Source: an uncultured Acidobacteriota bacterium (GTDB taxonomy: Bacteria; Acidobacteriota; Vicinamibacteria; Vicinamibacterales; 2-12-FULL-66-21). From it: DNA of 64,000 bases. The DNA lies in NCBI GenBank assembly GCA_963776315.1, contig CAVZMJ010000015.1, positions 54,426-118,425 of the forward strand. The letters run 5' to 3'. The notes under the pieces were generated by a model, which saw nothing but the letters and a program-made list of their open reading frames with translations, did not search any database and was not told where the DNA came from. The position numbers and the translations under genes are program-made. Below, piece by piece: positions 60,511-64,000 of the stretch. Within the stretch, counting starts at the first letter, position 1. The number at the start of each line of letters is the position of its first letter.

Positions 60511-62313
60511 TCAATCCCCCCCCTTCCCCCACAGCGTCCGCGTCACGCTCGCCAGCACCAGGGTACTCACCAGGAAGACCCCGAACAGGATTCCTGCGGC
60601 AAGCGGTCGCATGTAGAGAAGGTTGCCGACGGTGAAGAGCGCCGACCAGATCGCGGTGCAGCCGGCGGTCCAGCCGAGCATCGCGAGCGGGATGTTGTCG
60701 GCCGAGGCGGTGCCTCGTGGCAGGCCCGCGGCCTGACGGATGGGCTCCCACCCCGGACCTGACGGCCGAACTTTCCGGTAGAACTCGACCAGCACGGCGC
60801 GATCCGTTACCGGTCCGAGCCAGGCCGTGGCGACCCAGCAGACCGTGGTCACGCCGATCGTGATGAGGAGCGCACGATGGGTGCTCATCACGACGCCGTT
60901 CTTCGCGAGCACGAGCAGCAGCACCGAGACGACGAAGGAACTGATCATCGCGACGACTTCGCACCACGCGTTCACGCGCCACCAGAACCAGCGCACCAGA
61001 TACAGGAGGCCGGTGCCCGCGCCAATCTGGAGGATGATGTCGAACGTGTCCTTCGCCGTGTCGAGGAGATAGACGACCGCGGACGAGCAGAGGAACAGTC
61101 CTATCGTGACCAGCCTGCCCGCCTTCACGTAATGCTTCTCCTCGGCGTCCCGGCGGATGAAACGGCGGTAGAAGTCGTGGACGAGGTACGACGCGCCCCA
61201 GTTGAGGTGCGTCAGGATGGTGGAGGAGTTGGCCGCGATGAGGCCGCCAACCATCAGGCCCACGAAGCCCGCCGGCAGGAACTTCAACATCGCCGGGTAC
61301 GCGATGTCGTGCCCGAGCAGACGCGGATCGAGGTTCGGGAACGCGCGCTGAATGTCCGACAGTTCCGGGTAGACGAGGATCGAGCAGAGCGCGACCAGAA
61401 TCCACGGCCAGGGCCGCAGCACGTAGTGGGCGACGTTGAAGAACAGCACCGCGCCAAGCGCATCCTTCTCTGACTTCGACGCGAGCATCCGCTGTGCGAT
61501 GTAGCTGCCGCCGCCGGGCTCGGCGCCGGGATACCAGACCGCCCACCATTGCACCGCGACGGGCATGATGAACACCGCGACGGCCATGTCCCAGTGGTTC
61601 GAGAAGTCCGGGAGCACGGCCAGATAGTCGATGCCTCCGGGCCCGCGGGTCACCGACAGTTTGTCGATGAGGCCGGTCAATCCTCCGACCTGCGGCGCCT
61701 TCAGCGCGAACCACGCGGCCGCGACCACGGCGGTCATCTTGATGAAGAACTGAATCATGTCGATGACGAGCACGCCCCAGAGACCCGAATGCGCAGCGAA
61801 CACCACGTTGAGGATGCCCACGCCGAGGAGCGTCTGCCAGCGTTCGAGGCCGAAGAGGATGCCGGCGATCTTGCACGCGGCCAGGTTGACCGTCGCCATG
61901 ATCATGCAGTTGAAGAGGAGTCCGAGATACACGGCGCGGAATCCGCGGACGACGCTCGCCGCGGTTCCCGAGTAGCGGATCTCGTAGAACTCGAGATCGG
62001 TGAGGACGCCCGAGCGGCGCCATAGCCTGGCGTAGAAGAACACCGTCGAGACGCCGGTGAGCACGAACGCCCACCACACCCAGTTGCCGGCCACGCCGTT
62101 GCGCCGAACGATGTCGGTGACGAGATTAGGGGTGTCGCTGCTGAATGTCGTGGCGACCATGGACAGGCCTGCGAGCCACCACGGTACCGACCGACCCGAG
62201 GCGAAGAACTCGGATGTGCTGCGACCCGCCCGCTTCGCAAAGAACAGCGCCGGCACGAAGCACACGAGCAGCGTCACGGCAACAATCACCCAGTCGAGCG
62301 GGGCGAGGATCAT
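60511..62313 (-). CDS. Sodium:solute symporter (SSS)
   Basis: FFASGRSVPWWLAGLSMVATTFSSDTP, GAEPGGGSYIAQRML, RWFWWRVNAW. Confidence 0.93.
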   Translation of the reverse strand: MILAPLDWVIVAVTLLVCFVPALFFAKRAGRSTSEFFASGRSVPWWLAGLSMVATTFSSDTPNLVTDIVRRNGVAGNWVWWAFVLTGVSTVFFYARLWRRSGVLTDLEFYEIRYSGTAASVVRGFRAVYLGLLFNCMIMATVNLAACKIAGILFGLERWQTLLGVGILNVVFAAHSGLWGVLVIDMIQFFIKMTAVVAAAWFALKAPQVGGLTGLIDKLSVTRGPGGIDYLAVLPDFSNHWDMAVAVFIMPVAVQWWAVWYPGAEPGGGSYIAQRMLASKSEKDALGAVLFFNVAHYVLRPWPWILVALCSILVYPELSDIQRAFPNLDPRLLGHDIAYPAMLKFLPAGFVGLMVGGLIAANSSTILTHLNWGASYLVHDFYRRFIRRDAEEKHYVKAGRLVTIGLFLCSSAVVYLLDTAKDTFDIILQIGAGTGLLYLVRWFWWRVNAWCEVVAMISSFVVSVLLLVLAKNGVVMSTHRALLITIGVTTVCWVATAWLGPVTDRAVLVEFYRKVRPSGPGWEPIRQAAGLPRGTASADNIPLAMLGWTAGCTAIWSALFTVGNLLYMRPLAAGILFGVFLVSTLVLASVTRTLWGKGGD

Positions 62314-62351
62314 GGCGCGACACTGTATCCCAGCTTTCGGCTTTCAGCCAC

Positions 62352-62538
62352 GAGTGGCGGCTCGCGGCTCGCTGCTGGCGGTTGCCAGGTCGCGGCTTGG
62401 GGGGGCGGCTCGCGGCTGGCTGCTGGCGGTTGCCAGGTCGCGGCATCGGTGGTTGAAGTCGCGCGTTGGCCGATCCGCTTCGCCAGTCGCGAGCCGGCCC
62501 CCAAGCCGCGACTTGGCAACCGCCAGCCGCGAGCCGCC
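62352..62538. repeat. Inverted heptamer-array hairpin (GGCTSGC / GAGCCGC) with duplicated left arm
   Basis: GGTTGCCAGGTCGCGGC occurs twice on the left and pairs with GCCGCGACTTGGCAACC on the right. Confidence 0.8.
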
Positions 62539-62541
62539 TGA

Positions 62542-62895
62542 CTAGCGCCCTTCGCTCGACGGCGGCACGATCCCCTTGGCGCGCAGGTAGGTCACGAGGT
62601 TGCCGTAGTGTTCGTTGTTGTGGGCGAGGTTGCTGATGAGCGAGTTGCCGCGCGCCCGCTCGAGCGTCGTGTTGTTCGGTCCCGGTCGCTTCAGCATCTC
62701 GTTGATGCTGGCGCTGGTCTGCGCATCGTAGATGGCGTCGCAGTAGGCGAGCGCCTCGTTGAGCATCGTGACGAGGTCAGCCTTCGGCTGCATTTCCTTG
62801 TCGTTGGCCGCGTGCTTGGGCGCTGGCTCGGGCTTCGCTTGTGCACAATAACGTAGTTGGCGGCCACGAGATGCGCCACCATCTGACCGAAACGT
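62542..62895 (-). pseudogene. DinB family protein, 5'-truncated at the IS91 junction
   Basis: TFGQMVAHLVAANY..C, AHNNEHYGNLVTYLRAKGIVPPS. Confidence 0.85.
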
Positions 62896-63670
62896 CGGCG
62901 GCCGCGTCCGTGCAAGGGACCATCGCCCTGGGCGACAGTCGGGGCGCCCGCCTTCGTCGTCTGGGCGACGCGGCCGAGCCAGTTGAGACGCCCACCCCAG
63001 GGCCGTGTCACGCCCGGGCGAACGGGTTTGATCTCCACGCGGGCCTGGTCGTGCCGGCCAGGCAGCGGGAGCGGCTCGAGCGGATCGTCCGCTATACGTT
63101 GCGACCGCCCGCGGCACAGGAGCGGCTCCACCTCACCCACGACGGGCAGGTGCGGCTGGGGTTGCGGCACCCATGGCGCGATGGGACGACGGCCCTCGTT
63201 TTCGACCCCGTCGAGTTCCTGGGGCGGCTGGCGGTGCTGGTGCCGCGACCGCGCATCAACCTGCTCCTGTACTACGGCGTGCTGGGCCCGCGAGCGGCCT
63301 GGCGGGCTGAAGTAGTTCCGCGCCAGACGACGTCAGGTGGTGGTGAGGCGGCATTGACGGAGCCGGCCACCGAGCCGGCTCGTGAGCCTGACCCCGCGGA
63401 GATGGCGCGGCGTCAGGCCCGTGCCCAGTGTTGGGCGTCGCTGATGGCACCTTCGGGTTTGATGTGCTGGCGTGCCCCCGGTGTGGCGGCCGCCTGCGTC
63501 TCGTCGCGCTCATCGAGGAGGCGGCCGTCCTCGGCCGGATCCTCCGGCATTTGGGTCTGCCGACCGAAGTCCCCTTGCCGCGTCCGGCGCGCGCGCCGCC
63601 GCTCGCGCCGGGAGTTCCCGACCAGACCGGCCGGGACGACGACACCTGGGTGTTCGACCCGTGTTCTTGA
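62896..63670 (+). mobile_element. IS91/ISCR-family rolling-circle transposase, C-terminal fragment (frameshift at ~63448)
   Basis: GFDLHAG, RLER..RY..RP, WRDGTT.L...P.EFL.RLA.LVP.PR..L..YYGVL, CPRCGGRLRLVALIE, RARAPP. Confidence 0.88.
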
Positions 63671-63755
63671 CGCGTCTCAGCGACGGTCCGCCGTCGGCGC
63701 GCCGAAGGTGTGCCTCGTGAGCCCGGGGCAACGCAGGGCCGAAACCTCCCCGCGG

Positions 63756-63785
63756 TTGACAACGCGTTTGCGCGAGTTCTAATCT
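63756..63785 (+). promoter_or_regulatory. sigma70 promoter TTGACA-N18-TAATCT downstream of the transposase
   Basis: Perfect -35; points at the TIR gene. Confidence 0.6.
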
Positions 63786-63872
63786 GCGCTGTGGCCGTGG
63801 GCTGGCTGGGCTGGCTGTGGCTGTGGCCGTGGTCTCAGGACATCGCGTAGGAATAGGTGGGCACATCTTCCC

Positions 63873-64000
63873 ATGGGCACCTCGAGTTCCGCTCCCAAGG
63901 CGTTCATTTCCTACAAATGGGAAGGCGACGACGTCAAGAGTTGGGTCGAGCAGTTCGCGCGCGATCTGCGGAAGAACGGAGTGGATGCGCTTCTTGATGA
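63873..64000 (+). CDS. TIR/SEFIR domain protein, N-terminus (runs off the window)
   Basis: MGTSSSAPKAFISYKWEGDDVKSWVEQFARDLRKNGVDALLD. Confidence 0.85.
   Translation, partial: MGTSSSAPKAFISYKWEGDDVKSWVEQFARDLRKNGVDALLD

Noticed and set aside
63788-63862. oriIS end of the IS91 element and GGCTG(T)GG low-complexity tract
   Set aside because: Only a weak TTCCTA-like match in the unexpected orientation; the tract is short and unmirrored, so the boundary cannot be defined
1-64000. tRNA, rRNA or tmRNA genes
   Set aside because: No cloverleaf or rRNA signature recognised by eye; tRNAscan-SE or Infernal would be decisive

Overview
High-GC bacterial window, most likely Acidobacteriota (Vicinamibacteria-like; inferred from seven ADOP-type duplicated ABC permease genes or fragments, PQQ/NHL beta-propellers, CocE, sulfatase and DinB content). 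It carries many scattered single-base indels typical of an unpolished long-read assembly. It encodes about 48 genes or gene fragments, including a GltD/KorC-like plus KorAB 2-oxoacid oxidoreductase operon, a DoxX/HxlR divergon, a five-gene ATPase-less ADOP permease array, a HemN-like radical SAM plus flavin halogenase-like plus thioesterase cluster, PPK2, two Na+/solute symporters and a solo SLATT effector. At the right edge, an IS91-family remnant truncates dinB and precedes a TIR/SEFIR gene. No rRNA, tRNA or CRISPR array was seen. The most striking unexplained signal is non-coding: about 19 intergenic mirror-symmetric microsatellite hairpins (7-mer or 9-mer tandem arrays facing their own reverse complement). 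Seven of them share an oriented ~33-bp core while the repeat unit changes concertedly on both arms. Also noted: a nested REP-like leader element, many apparently leaderless genes, candidate sigma54 promoters on orphan genes, and small proteins missed by the ORF track.
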